Assembly: GCA_963789265.1 (NCBI GenBank)
Contig: CAWBKB010000007.1
Span: 448,001-512,000 of the forward strand
Origin: an uncultured delta proteobacterium
GTDB lineage: Bacteria > Desulfobacterota > Desulfomonilia > Desulfomonilales > Desulfomonilaceae
Reading direction: 5' to 3'
Length of the DNA stretch: 64,000 bases
Part shown: one piece after another, positions 50,875 to 62,227 of the stretch
Numbering within the stretch: position 1 is the stretch's first letter
Layout: each line of letters begins with the position of its first letter
Notes under the pieces: model-generated
Told to the model about the DNA's origin: nothing
The model's database searches: none
Seen by the model: only the letters and a program-made list of their open reading frames with translations
Program-made: the position numbers and the translations under genes

Positions 50875-52127
50875 GATTTATCTCCTTGAAGGTAACTTAC
50901 GAGGGCGTCGAGCCTCACGGAGACCTGCTCTCGGGTCTTCATGTCGCGAACGGTAACTTCTTGGCGGTTAAGCTCTTCCTCGCCTATCATTATGACTTTT
51001 CTCGCTCCGACACGGTCGGCGACTTTCATATGTGCCTTCAGGCTCGTGGAAGAGTAACGCGCCCTCCGCCGAAATTCCGGAGGTTCTAAGCAGGTTGACC
51101 AGACTGAAAGCGGTCTGACGAGCACTCTCTCCCACTGGCGCAACGTAAGCGTCTATTGACCGAGCAAAGCGTCCGTTATCGTCCGGAATGCCCATCGAAA
51201 GGCGTTCCAAACCTATGGCAAAGCCTATACCTGACGCATCCGGACCGCCCAATTCCTTCAGAAGGCTGTCGTACCGGCCTCCTCCTCCGACTGCTTTAGA
51301 CCTCCCAAGTTCGCTGTGAATGATCTCGAACGCTGTGCGGGTATAGTAATCGAGCCCGCGCACCATTCTCGGTTCCAGCCTGTAAGGGATTTGCAGGGCG
51401 TCCAGTCCATTCTGCACCGCCTGGAAATGCTCGCGGCAAGGCGCGTCCAGACTGTCGAGGATGACCGGAGCGTCTTTGGCTATTTCCGAGCATCTCGGCA
51501 CCTTGCAATCGAGTATCCTTAACGGGTTTAAATCGTACCTTCGTCGACAATCCGCACACAGGTCATCGAGGTATTTCGAAAAGTATTCTCGGAGCCGTTG
51601 TCTATATAACGGTCTACAAACCGAGCATCCCACCGAATTAATCTCCATCATCAGTCCGGAAGCTCCGATGCTCGTCATGATCGCATACGCAGCAGCAATG
51701 GTTTCGGCATCCGTATACGGGGAATCGTCCCCCAGCACTTCAGCATCGATCTGAAAGAAACTGTCGGAATCTGCCTTTCGACGGTCTTTCCCGGCGGAAC
51801 ATCGGTCCAATGGTGTAAAGCTTCAAGATGGAATCGCGGCGCAACAGCGAATGCTCGACAACCGCACGCAAGATTCCCGCAGTCAGCCTCCGGCCTGAGG
51901 CTGAGAGATTCCCCACCGCGGTCCTCGAAAGTGTACATTTCCTTTTCAACTATGTCTGTGACCTGGCCGATGCCCCGTTCAAAGAGTTCGGTACGTTCCA
52001 TAATCGGCGCTATGATCTCCCGGAACCCGAACCGCTGGAGGCAGGCCCGAGCCGTATCCACGAGGAATGCCCACTTCGTAGTTTCCTCCGGAAGGATATC
52101 GTGGAACCCTTTGACAAGCCTGATCAT
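50871..52127 (-). CDS. hisS: Histidine--tRNA ligase, split by three apparent +1 insertions
   Basis: [22 protein letters not shown] / [16 protein letters not shown] / QIDAE..VRGLDYY..GGGRYD..GLERL / ADRVGA..IGEEEL. Confidence 0.93.
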
Positions 52128-52435
52128 CGGAAAAGTCCTTACTGCAACAGTGGCAGGAAAGTGCCCTCAACCAAATTTTTTATACTAAGTCCACCTTGTA
52201 TCGTCAGTCAAGTTCTGGACGCGTGTAACGTGACCATTCAGTCTTGTGCGGCAGTCCCGCGAGGCGCGGGACAGCCTGTCGGGGAAAACTCTTTTCCGTG
52301 GCGGGCTAGAAAGCCCACCCCACGAAGCCATCCGCTACTTCCGGCTGTAACTGAATGCTTACCGTGCAACGGCAATCATTTGATCGCGTGAGGAGTTGCC
52401 AGTTGCCTGTTATTGTGCTGGTGGGACAGGCAGGA

Positions 52436-52987
52436 TGCCTGCTCCACTACGCTTTGTCCCGCCACCTTCATATCAAGACTCTTCGTGCCCCGGAAGTTGG
52501 GTGCAACTGACCTGAGGGCCACCATGGCACCAGGTCAGTGCAGTTTTGTTGCCGACGGATTCTTAATTCCGGTACGGATCTGACGAAGCCTCCCGCGGGA
52601 GGCGGGATGGCACCCGCCTAAGTACTCCTGTTCGCAAATACCGTGACGTTAAGACCCCTGTACGGAAGAAAATTGCTTTCATGCGAGGCGCGGGACTCGC
52701 AATTACAGCAAATGGGAATGTCATTGCGAGGAGTGCAACGACGAAGCAATCTCGACTGGGACATACGTGACCGAAGTTATGAGACATCGTACTTAGGCAG
52801 GCATCTTGCCTGCTCCACTACGCTTTGTCCAGCCACCTTCATATCAGGACTCTGCGCGGCCCGGAAGTTGGGTGCCACTGACCTGTATGCCATGATGGCA
52901 CCACGTCAGTGCAGTTTCTTCGTCAACGGACACTCAAATCCGGCAAGGATCTGACAAAGCCTCCCGCGGGACGCGGGATAGCACCCG
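52436..52987. repeat. Two diverged 181-bp direct repeats (52436-52616, 52807-52987) within a REP mosaic
   Basis: Both start tgcctgctccactacgctttgtcc and end gcacccg, with constant offset 371. Confidence 0.88.
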
Positions 52988-53023
52988 GCGGCGGCGCAAG
53001 AAGGCACTAGTCCTTCAGAAGTC

Positions 53024-54716
53024 CTACGAGCGGGCAGCAGTGACAGGTTCTTTTGGCATTTCCCAGTTGCAGATAATCGTTAAGGCTTCTTCGGGGCTCT
53101 CGACCGAAGTCAGGCTCTGGACCAATTGGCGGTTTTGCGCTGCACGGCTGACCGCAGCCAGAATGTTAACCTGGACAGAAGGTGCGTCAGCAGGCGAAAG
53201 TATCAGGAAGACGAGTTCAGTGGGCTTTACAACAGATTCAACGAGCACGCCTTGGCATGTCAATCCCAGCGCCACTACCGGAGCGGAAATTCCGTCCATC
53301 CGAGCATGAGGAAACGCCACCCCTTCATTAAAGAAAGTTGACCCTTGTTCTTCCCGCCGTAGCACGGCCTTCAAAATTTCCTCAGCGTCGATTCCTTCAA
53401 CATCCTTTTGAGCGACTTCCACCAACGTCCGAAGAACCGATTCCTTCTCGACCGGCTGGTCCCAAATAACAATTCGGCGACTCGACAACAAGCTGCTCAG
53501 AACAAGTGGCCCCGCGCCAGATGGATGGCTCTTTCACAGGCTTCTTGGGTTCAGGAACTTCAGCCTCGACTCTTTCTTCAGGGGTCCGCTTGCTGCTTGT
53601 ATCGAGAACCACTATTGTAATTCCGCCGGCATTCATGATAAGGCGATCAACGACATTCTTACTCCCCAAGAGCCTTTTCCAGAAAGGGACCTCAGCGGGA
53701 CTCCCGATCACAATGTGGCCGACTCGATATTCCTTTGCAAAGTGCAGAATAGTGTCTGCTATGTCCTCACCCTTGTAAGTGAAGACCATTGCGCCCAATT
53801 GTTTTGCCAGGGTAAGGGTGCTTGACAGAATCCGCTGCGTCTGGGCATCTATCACAGTCGGTTCTTCCGAGGGAGTCTGGACGTACACCGCATACCAGTT
53901 CCGATTAAGTCGCCCGGCAAGCCGGGAAGCGTAGCGCAACAGCATCTCGCTGTTGGGGCCGCGGGAACTCAGGCAGACCATCACCTGATCCGGAGTGGCA
54001 TCGTTTCCATCTCTGGAGCTTTCACGCATCCTCAAATCGATCTGAGAGGCAAGCTCGCGAAGCGTAAGCTCCCGAAGTTTCTCCAGGTTAGAAGCCTTGA
54101 AGAAATTCGCAAGGGCTGTTTCAACACGTTCCGGAGGATAGATTTTGCCTTCCCGCAAACGTTCCTGAAGGTCTTCAGTGGTGAGATCCACGTTCACGAT
54201 CTCGTCCGCTTCGGCAATTACCGTGTCGGGCAGGCGTTCCCGGACCTTCACGTGAACGGTCTTCTCCACAGTATCGTACAGGCTCTCCAAATGCTGAACG
54301 TTCAGAGTGGTGATGACGTGTATCCCCGCGGCTAAAATATCTTGAACATCCTGATAGCGTTTGGCATTCCGGCTGCCGGGGACATTGGTGTGGGCCAGTT
54401 CATCAATCAGCGCGACCTCAGGTTTGCGAGCCAATATGGCATCAACATCCATCTCTTCTAGAATGTGGCCTCGGTATTCCTGCTTTTTCCTGGGGACAAC
54501 TTCCAGGCCGTCGATTAGTTTGGCTGTTTCGATGCGGCCGTGAGTCTCTATTAATCCCGCGATAACGTCTATGCCCTCACCCTTGAGCCGTTGTCCCTCC
54601 AGGAGCATTTGATAGGTCTTTCCCACGCCAGCGCCATAGCCAAGATAAATCTTTAGCCTGCCGCGTCGAGAGCGGCGGATCATACGCAAGAAAGTGCTGG
54701 CTCTATCTTCTGCCAT
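53024..54716 (-). CDS. kdpD: Soluble KdpD N-terminal + Usp domain, apparently fused (across a +1 frameshift near 53525) to a PTS EIIA domain
   Basis: RGRLKIYLGYGAGVGKTY, DELAHTN, TTLNVQHLESL, LRELTLR, then Usp; the other frame reads SGAGPLVLSSLLSSRRIVIW..REEQGSTFFNEGVAFPHAR. No TM or kinase domain. Confidence 0.85.
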
Positions 54717-54851
54717 AGTGACCGGTCTACACTTTGCATCAGAGTCATAGAGTCTGTGTCGCTACACTTGAATTTGGTTCTCGCATTATCCGAGTGAGCC
54801 GATATTCAGAGAAAACGTAGCCGCAGCCGGCCTGAAAAATCCAGCCGGCCG

Positions 54852-55877
54852 CTATCCCAGGGGTTCTCCATATCGCTTGCGAAGTTCGAGGTTGACTTCA
54901 AGCACGTTCACGAACTCTTCACCCGCCAGACCATACCATGGGGCTGATGCGTTTTGTTGCAAGATCTGCTCGATTTCTTTTCGAATTCCGGCCGGATCGC
55001 GGTTGAGATTCGCGGCCCATTTCGAGGCAACCCGATCAAGCTGAAATTGAGCATTCTGAAGTGTGATATGAGGATCGAGCCCTGAAGCCGAAGCCATTAC
55101 CAGATCGCCGGGGACCTTTTCAAAGTCGGCATCAGGATGGTCTTCTCGCCACATCAAACAGAAGGTAGACTGAATATCAGTGCCCGCAGCAACTGGCCCA
55201 ATCTTAGAGACAGTCTTGCCGTCAGGTCCAGTCTGAGTGATAGCGGCCGGGAATTTGCCAGGGTTTTCGTTGGAGAAATTCTCAAAGAACAGTACCGCCA
55301 AATCTGCTGCCTTAGGTTCGGGGGTGTCGGGATTCTCCTTGATCCACTTGGCCACCACGTCCGGATGCGCCTTCGCCCAAGCGTCAACGTACGCGGCATG
55401 AGTCGGGTCACTCGTGACCCATGACTGCGCAAGGGAATTGTGAAGGTCTACCCACTGAGCCACAATATGCGGTTTGCCCTGATAAATATCCTTTTGAAAC
55501 CAGCTCTCGATATCGGGTGCCACGGCCTTTCCGGCGTTGGGACCGCTTCGGTACTTCATGATAGGACCGAGTGTGCGGGCAACTCGGTCGCGCAGTTGGT
55601 AATTGGACGCAGCCAAAGCAGACGAGGATGAAGCGGAAGCGTCGTAGGAGGCTGCTGAAGGACGGGGTTGAAAGTATTCGTCCCTGGTGAATGGTTGCGC
55701 AATGAGTAGAGATCCCACCGGCTTGCCATCAGGGCCTTTCAGAATGCTGCCGTTGGCCTGAAACGGAAACACGGTCTGTCCGATTCCCCATAAAACCAAT
55801 GGATAAATCACGCAACTGATGACCACCAGCACGAACAACAGTAAAACGCTCTTGGAAAGATATCGCAACATGTTCAT
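54852..55877 (-). CDS. kdpC: K+-transporting ATPase subunit C, with large insertion
   Basis: FPFQANGS, YFQPRPSA, DLVMASASGLDPHI, VNVLEVNL; 341 aa. Confidence 0.92.
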   Translation of the reverse strand: MNMLRYLSKSVLLLFVLVVISCVIYPLVLWGIGQTVFPFQANGSILKGPDGKPVGSLLIAQPFTRDEYFQPRPSAASYDASASSSSALAASNYQLRDRVARTLGPIMKYRSGPNAGKAVAPDIESWFQKDIYQGKPHIVAQWVDLHNSLAQSWVTSDPTHAAYVDAWAKAHPDVVAKWIKENPDTPEPKAADLAVLFFENFSNENPGKFPAAITQTGPDGKTVSKIGPVAAGTDIQSTFCLMWREDHPDADFEKVPGDLVMASASGLDPHITLQNAQFQLDRVASKWAANLNRDPAGIRKEIEQILQQNASAPWYGLAGEEFVNVLEVNLELRKRYGEPLG

Positions 55878-55899
55878 GTCTCCCTAACTCACCGAAACC

Positions 55900-58131
55900 T
55901 TAGCTAACCATACCTAAGCTTACTATTACCAGGTCGATCAGTTTGATGCCTATAAATGGCAGTACTACCCCTCCCAATCCCCAGATCAGCAGATTCCTGC
56001 GCAACAGAGCTTCAGCGCCCAGAGCCTGGTAACGAACTCCCTTGAGGGCGACCGGGATCAGGGCAGGGATGATGAGAGCGTTAAAGATCACAGCAGACAA
56101 AATGGCCGAGGTCGGTGAATGCAGATGCATAATGTCGACGACCTTCAGCCAAGGTAGAGTTCCGGCGAAAAGCGCGGGAATTATCGCGAAATATTTTGCC
56201 ACGTCGTTTGCTACGGAAAAGGTGGTCAAGGAACCGCGCGTTATCAAAAGCTGCTTCCCGATTTCTACAACCTCGATTAGCTTGGTGGGATCACTGTCTA
56301 AATCCACCATGTTGGCAGCTTCTTTGGCCGCTTGTGTCCCGGCGTTCATGGCCAGTGCTACGTCAGCCTGGGCTAAGGCTGGGGCGTCGTTGGTGCCGTC
56401 GCCCATCATTGCCACCATTTTCCCGCCCGCCTGCTCCTTGCGGATGTAAGCGAGTTTGGTCTCAGGGGTGGCCTGAGCGAGGAAATCGTCTACTCCCGCC
56501 CGTTTGGCGATTGTCGCAGCCGTGAGGGGGTTGTCACCGGTGATCATGACGGTACGAAGCCCCATCTTTCTCAGTCGCTCGAATCGTTCGTTCATGTTGG
56601 GCTTCAAAATGTCTTCAAGGACAATCACGCCGGCGATGGTGTTGTCTTCGGCAACGACCAAGGGGGTCGCTCCATCGGATGCTGCGCCATCTACAAGCTT
56701 GTTCAGTTCCTCACCCGGAACAGAGCCGCCGTTACCCCCAACAAATTTCATCACCGCGTCCGGGGCCCCTTTTCGTATTCGTCGTCCGTCAGGAAGGTCT
56801 ATGCCACTCATGCGCGTCTCCGCTGTAAACGGCACGAAGTGAGCGTCCTCCGGCACAACTACTGAACTTCCAGCTTGCTTCTCGAACAATCTTACGATGC
56901 TCTTCCCCTCCGGGGTCGCATCTGCCGCTGACGCCAGCGCAGCCAGCCCACCCACGTCGTCGGACGAATACTTTCCGACCGGCAAGAATGTTGTCGCGTT
57001 TCTGTTGCCTATCGTGATTGTGCCGGTCTTATCCAGCAGCACCACATCGATGTCACCAGCCAACTCCACGGCTTTGCCGCTCTTGGATATAATGTTGGCC
57101 TGTAGCGCCCGATCCATGCCTGCTATACCGATGGCGGCAAGCAAAGCTCCGATGGTGGTAGGGATGAGACATACTAAGAGCGCAATGAGAGTGGGGACAT
57201 CTGTGCCGAGGCTCTTGACAGGCTCTTGAATGCCCAAGAAACTCATCATGTATTGCTCGGCATTCCAGGCCATCGCCCAAAGGGGAATTACCACAATTAG
57301 GAAAACCAAGGTGAAAGCCGAAAGCACGAGAGTGAGAGCGATCTCGTTCGGGCTTCGCTGACGTATGGCGCCTTCGACTAGACCGATCATCTTGTCGAGG
57401 AACGATTCTCCGGCGCCGCTGGTGATCTCGACTTCAATTTGATCGGAGAGTAATACAGTACCCCCTGTCACACCTGATCGGTCTCCTCCTGCTTCTCGAA
57501 TCACCGGGGCAGACTCCCCGGTGATCGCAGACTCGTCGACAGAAGCGACCCCTTTGATGATGTCGCCATCACCGGGAATGGTTTGTCCCGCTTTCACGAT
57601 CACCCGATCGCCCACTTTCAAAGCTGTTGATGAAACCTCCTCGATGCCACCGGCAGCAGTTACGCGATGGGCCACAGTATCTTGACGAGTTTTTCTCAGC
57701 GACTCTGCCTGTGCCTTGCCACGGGCTTCCGCAAGGGCCGTGGCGAAGTTCGCAAAGAGCACGGTCAAGAAAAGCCACGCATCAACCCAAATAAAATAGC
57801 TTAGCGGCGCGACGCTCGCTTTTTGTCCCCATGCAGCCTCAATGATATACAAAAGCGTCAAGAAGGCCCCAACCTCGACTACGAACATCACAGGATTCTT
57901 CCACTGGGTGTCGGGTCGAAGCATTACAAATGCCTGCTTCAGAGCGGCCACCGCTGTCTCTTTCTCCAACAATGCTTTCGGCTTGACACGACGCTGCGGC
58001 CGAGGTGTCTCTAAAGATAAAGGAATCTCGTGCATAGTATCGGTGGTACCCCGTAATCTATTCATGTCGCACCCCTTTGAGCACTTGCTCCATTTCATGG
58101 TCCCTGCTTCGGACTTTAATGAGTTTTTCAT
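55900..58131 (-). CDS. kdpB: K+-transporting ATPase subunit B (start may be further downstream)
   Basis: [43 protein letters not shown]. Confidence 0.97.
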   Translation of the reverse strand: MKNSLKSEAGTMKWSKCSKGCDMNRLRGTTDTMHEIPLSLETPRPQRRVKPKALLEKETAVAALKQAFVMLRPDTQWKNPVMFVVEVGAFLTLLYIIEAAWGQKASVAPLSYFIWVDAWLFLTVLFANFATALAEARGKAQAESLRKTRQDTVAHRVTAAGGIEEVSSTALKVGDRVIVKAGQTIPGDGDIIKGVASVDESAITGESAPVIREAGGDRSGVTGGTVLLSDQIEVEITSGAGESFLDKMIGLVEGAIRQRSPNEIALTLVLSAFTLVFLIVVIPLWAMAWNAEQYMMSFLGIQEPVKSLGTDVPTLIALLVCLIPTTIGALLAAIGIAGMDRALQANIISKSGKAVELAGDIDVVLLDKTGTITIGNRNATTFLPVGKYSSDDVGGLAALASAADATPEGKSIVRLFEKQAGSSVVVPEDAHFVPFTAETRMSGIDLPDGRRIRKGAPDAVMKFVGGNGGSVPGEELNKLVDGAASDGATPLVVAEDNTIAGVIVLEDILKPNMNERFERLRKMGLRTVMITGDNPLTAATIAKRAGVDDFLAQATPETKLAYIRKEQAGGKMVAMMGDGTNDAPALAQADVALAMNAGTQAAKEAANMVDLDSDPTKLIEVVEIGKQLLITRGSLTTFSVANDVAKYFAIIPALFAGTLPWLKVVDIMHLHSPTSAILSAVIFNALIIPALIPVALKGVRYQALGAEALLRRNLLIWGLGGVVLPFIGIKLIDLVIVSLGMVS

Positions 58132-58145
58132 AAGTGATCATCTAG

Positions 58146-59973
58146 TCAGCCCCCGAATGGAATAGGTCCGAAATGCTCTGCCACCGGTCCCAATGCTGCA
58201 ACCGGCAGAAAAAGCAGGGCTCCGACAATAATGATCGTTCCGAGTAACAGGATTCCAAAGGTGAGGGTGTCGGTAGGCAAAGTTCCCAAGCCAAACGGGC
58301 TTGATTTCTTTTCCCCGAGATATGCAGCCATGGCGATCGGGGCAACAATGGGCAAATAGCGACTAAATAACATCACTAGACCCGCTGCAATATTCCAAGG
58401 AATGGCCTCCGGATTGGGATTAGGGTTGTTTGCCAAACCGTAGACCACCTGCAGTCCATCAAAAGCCGAACCATTATTCGCAGACGCCGAAGAGAAGTTA
58501 TACAGCATCTGCGAAAAGCCATGGGCGCCGGGATTGCTGACGGCTTTAAGCCCCAAGGCGGTCGCAGCGAAGAGCCCTGTGGGGAAAAGAATCATGAACG
58601 GATGGACCAATAGCGCGATCGTGGCAAGCTTCATTTCGCGAGCACCGATTTTCTTGCCCAAGTACTCAGGCGTCCGCCCGACCATCATGCCGGCCACGAA
58701 AATTGCAATAATCACGTAGATCAACATGTTGATCATGCCGACGCCTTTGCCGCCGTAGATGCAGTTCAGCCACATTCCAGTCATGGGCGACAAGGCGGCA
58801 ATCGGGTTGAGGCTATCGGCCTCCGCGTTCACGGCTCCGCATGTCACGTCTACTGTAACGGCCGCATAAGTGGCCCCTGCGGACGTCCCGAAGCGCATTT
58901 CTTTTCCTTCAAGGTTACCCAGATGCTGGTCCACCGGCAGGGACGGAACCGGCTGCTGTGACACTACCCGTTTACCGCCTGGTGCGGTCGCGCTGGGGAT
59001 TGCAAATGTTCGGGCCGGATGACTCCTCAATCCCGGGTTCGGTTTCAGCGTGTCAAAATAGACGCTCCAGAATATGGTGCCGATCATCAATATCATCATG
59101 ACCGCAAAAACCACCAAGGCATGACGCAGCCGATGGAGCATCCGCCCGTACATCAACACCAACGCGAATGGGAAAATCATCATGCACAGAGTGTTTACAA
59201 AGTTCGAAAACCCGGTAGGATTCTCGAAAGGGTGCGCTGCATTCATCCCGGTGAATCCACCCCCATTGGTGCCAAGCATCTTCATGGATTCCCAGGCCGC
59301 GATCGGTCCGACCGTTATGGTCTGCTGCTTCACCTCACCTGTGTCCGTGGTTCCCATTGCTGCCGGTTCGAGAGTCGAAACCGAGACCGTGGATTGGTAG
59401 GTCATCGGACTCCCTTGCTGAATAAAAACGAGGCTTACAATAAGAGCAACGGGAACGAACATGTAAACCACAGTCCGCCACATATCCACAAAGTAATTGC
59501 CGATCAAGGAGTCACCACGCAAAGCACGGATAATCGCAGTCAGTGCGCACAGACCTACCGCAGCAGAAATGAAAAGCATGGCAATGCCAAAGAAAATCTG
59601 GCTAAAATTCGACAGAACCTGCTCGCCCGAATAATGCTGGAGGTCAGTATTGGTCATGAACGATGTTACGGCTTGGAATATGGTGCTGGGGAAAATCAAC
59701 CCCTTACCACCAGGATTCAGCGGCATCCACGGCTGGATTGCCAAAACCACATAGCCGTAAACGAACAGCAGAAACGTTAAAGACGAGCAATGAAACGGTA
59801 TATTGCTTCCAGTTTTGAGGGCCGCTGTCCAGGCGTTTTTCTATCCAACCAAAGACCGGCAAAGGCCGGTACTTTCCTTCCATGATCCAGGTCATGTAGC
59901 GACTCAATGGGAATGCCACCAGCGTCGCCGTGACAAGAATCGCCAATGGAAGAATCCATGTCTGTATGAGCAT
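58146..59973 (-). CDS. kdpA: K+-transporting ATPase subunit A, +1 frameshift in the homopolymer at 59772-59774
   Basis: QNWKQY..LLVFNV / LLFVYGYVVLAIQ..TNTDLQHYSGE, LGTNGGG, EGKEMRFG, GRTPEYLGKKI, NNGSAF. Confidence 0.95.
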
Positions 59974-60016
59974 TGTGTGAGTCCTTTCAGTATTTCAATT
60001 CCAGCCCACCCCTTGC

Positions 60017-60100
60017 TCAAAACCATTCCGGACGCACAAGGGTCACGACTAGATAAACGAACACAAAAGCCGCCACGGCCGCCGTCACATAGGTCAACAT
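60017..60100 (-). CDS. kdpF: KdpF small subunit
   Basis: MLTYVTAAVAAFVFVYLVVTLVRPEWF (YL...L.RPE.F signature), upstream of kdpA. Confidence 0.92.
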   Translation of the reverse strand: MLTYVTAAVAAFVFVYLVVTLVRPEWF

Positions 60101-60117
60101 TCGTCTCACCCCCAGCT

Positions 60118-60213
60118 TTATATTTTCTCGCATGCTTTCAGAAACAAGAATATAAGCCCCATTGATGCGAGGCCCAAAAGAAATGTCGCTAGTAGCCAAA
60201 TTTCAAGATTCAT
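60118..60213 (-). CDS. 31-aa single-TM peptide upstream of kdpF
   Basis: MNLEIWLLATFLLGLASMGLIFLFLKACEKI; SD GAGGAGG; start overlaps the kinase 3' end; below the ORF-track cutoff. Confidence 0.75.
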   Translation of the reverse strand: MNLEIWLLATFLLGLASMGLIFLFLKACEKI

Positions 60214-62053
60214 TTAAGGCTTCCTCCTCGAAAATACGATCGGCGCGTTTGAGAGAAAAGGTAAAGGTGCTTCCTTGAGTTTCCCGGCTTTCGGCAGTAA
60301 TTGATCCGCCATGCGCCTCCACGATCTCTTTTGCAATAGCAAGTCCCAAACCGATACCCGATTGAGTGTCCTGGTCGGGAATCCTAAAAAATTGCTCGAA
60401 AATTGTTTGGAGATAGCGTTCCGGTATGCCCTTGCCGGTGTCGGACACAGAAAAATAAACATATTTTTCGTCAGCCTTCGCGGAGAGAGTCATCATACCG
60501 CCCGGGTCGGTGTACTTCAAAGCATTGGAAAAGAGATTCGCAAAAACATGCGTCACACGCGTCTGATCGGCCCAGACTTCAGGCAAATCGTCAGGCAGCT
60601 CCATATTTAAGCTTACACCGCAATCCTGGCACCCACTTCGGAAAGGTTCTACCGCGTCCAAGGCCATGTCGTGAGTAGACACCGTTCGGAAATCCATGTG
60701 TGCCTTTCCCGCTTCGATCCTGCCTATATCCAACAAGTCTTCCAGGATCCTGTGCAGCCGTTCGGCATCTTCTTCAGCCGCAATCAGCACCTCAGCCTGC
60801 TTTTCACTCAATTCCCCTAAATCCTCTTCAAGAAGCAAGTGAATCGCCATCCGGACCGACGTGAGGGGGGTTTTTAACTGATGAGACACTGTGGAAATTA
60901 CCCCTCGCTTCAAATCTTCCTGCTGTCGTTGCTGGGTTATGTCTGATAGTATGATCATAACAGCCATTGCTATTTTTTCTCTGTCCAAAATGGGCACAGC
61001 CTTTGGCCGGAAATATCGTTCATCCCCGTTAATGAAATGTTGAATGGGAGGCTGGTTCCCGTTCGGTTCGACCGGCACACCGTTCTTGAGGGCTTTGTTG
61101 AACAGGCTCATTAGCCAATCAAGCGAGAGGCTCTGAATGTCAGTATTGCGTCTGAGGCCAAAAGCGCTTGCAGCTATCTCGGTAGCAACCTGCACCCGTC
61201 CATTTCGGTCCACTACTGCTACAGCGTCCGGCAGATTATTGAACGCCTGCTGCACGCTATACTGGATTTGAGCCAATCTGGCCTCTCGAGTGCGTCGGAC
61301 CTGACGAAGGCTCTCTGCCATGGAGTTGAAGGCCTCCGACAGTTGGCCAATCTCGTCCCTCGAATCAGTCTTGACAACCAGGTCCAGATTTCCCGCTTTG
61401 ATGTCGTTTGCCGACTCGATGAGACGGGTGATCGGTTTGAGAATCCATCGTCCCGTGAAAAATATGAAGCCGCCGGCCATAACAGCCCCGATCACCAGTA
61501 GAAAATACATTTGCCGTTTGGCTGAGGCTGCGCGATGCCGCGCACGATTGTTGGCCCCCCACATATTCTTCTGGTTCATTTGAAGGATGTAGTCAGCCGT
61601 AGTGTTGATGTCATCGAACAGAGGAAGCAGTTCGGTGGAATAACTCTCGAACCTTGCGTCGACGGTCAAATTTGCATTTGTCGCATCCTGGATCTTCGAT
61701 TTATATTGTGTGAAGAGATCTTGGAGGTGGTGTGCTTTATCACCTTCTCCAGGAACACTAATATTGTTCAGCTCCACTTCAAGGGCCTTTTCGAAGTCCG
61801 ATTCGCTAGCGCGAATTTGCTTCATCCCTTCCTGATCGTGCCCAAGCAGCCGGAACAATACTCCGTTATTTATACGCTCCAGCGCTTCTTTCATTTGCTG
61901 GCATGCGATCACGCTGCGATAGTTCTCTCGCAGAATAACATCAATGGAATCCCCCAGTTGGGAAAGAAGACTCACGCTCTGCATGCCGACAAGAACCATG
62001 ATGACCAGCAGAGCCCCGAATCCCAACGAGAGTTTTTGCCGAAGACTGAGCAC
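60203..62053 (-). CDS. Membrane sensor histidine kinase (helical sensor, HAMP, PAS, HisKA, HATPase; KinB-like)
   Basis: ENYRSVIACQQMKEAL, DEIGQLSEAFNSMA, SHQLKTPLTS, NLFSNALKYT, DTGKGI, GLGLAI. Confidence 0.93.
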   Translation of the reverse strand: MLSLRQKLSLGFGALLVIMVLVGMQSVSLLSQLGDSIDVILRENYRSVIACQQMKEALERINNGVLFRLLGHDQEGMKQIRASESDFEKALEVELNNISVPGEGDKAHHLQDLFTQYKSKIQDATNANLTVDARFESYSTELLPLFDDINTTADYILQMNQKNMWGANNRARHRAASAKRQMYFLLVIGAVMAGGFIFFTGRWILKPITRLIESANDIKAGNLDLVVKTDSRDEIGQLSEAFNSMAESLRQVRRTREARLAQIQYSVQQAFNNLPDAVAVVDRNGRVQVATEIAASAFGLRRNTDIQSLSLDWLMSLFNKALKNGVPVEPNGNQPPIQHFINGDERYFRPKAVPILDREKIAMAVMIILSDITQQRQQEDLKRGVISTVSHQLKTPLTSVRMAIHLLLEEDLGELSEKQAEVLIAAEEDAERLHRILEDLLDIGRIEAGKAHMDFRTVSTHDMALDAVEPFRSGCQDCGVSLNMELPDDLPEVWADQTRVTHVFANLFSNALKYTDPGGMMTLSAKADEKYVYFSVSDTGKGIPERYLQTIFEQFFRIPDQDTQSGIGLGLAIAKEIVEAHGGSITAESRETQGSTFTFSLKRADRIFEEEALNES

Positions 62054-62080
62054 TTTTTCTTCCTCGCCTACATATTATAG

Positions 62081-62097
62081 AGCAACCTCCATGCCAA
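62081..62097 (-). promoter_or_regulatory. Sigma-54 promoter for the kinase-kdp operon
   Basis: - strand TTGGCATGGAGGTTGCT (GG-N10-GC), 27 nt upstream of the kinase start. Confidence 0.85.
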
Positions 62098-62227
62098 AGC
62101 TGCAGAGGCCTAACCCCCTATAATTACGATAAGCAGCAAAAGGTCGGTAGGGCAGAGCCTTGTCCTTGGCAAGGTGGGCGCGGAAACTGCCTTGCATATT
62201 GCAAGGCCGGATGGAATACCTTTGGGA

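Noticed and set aside
50871..52127. hisS pseudogene or programmed frameshifting
   Set aside because: Essential gene with all motifs intact; the same insertion pattern affects unrelated neighbours, which points to sequencing error.
60017..60199. 60-aa ORF as an extended KdpF
   Set aside because: The ATG at 60100 gives canonical KdpF; the upstream part belongs to the 31-aa peptide in another frame.
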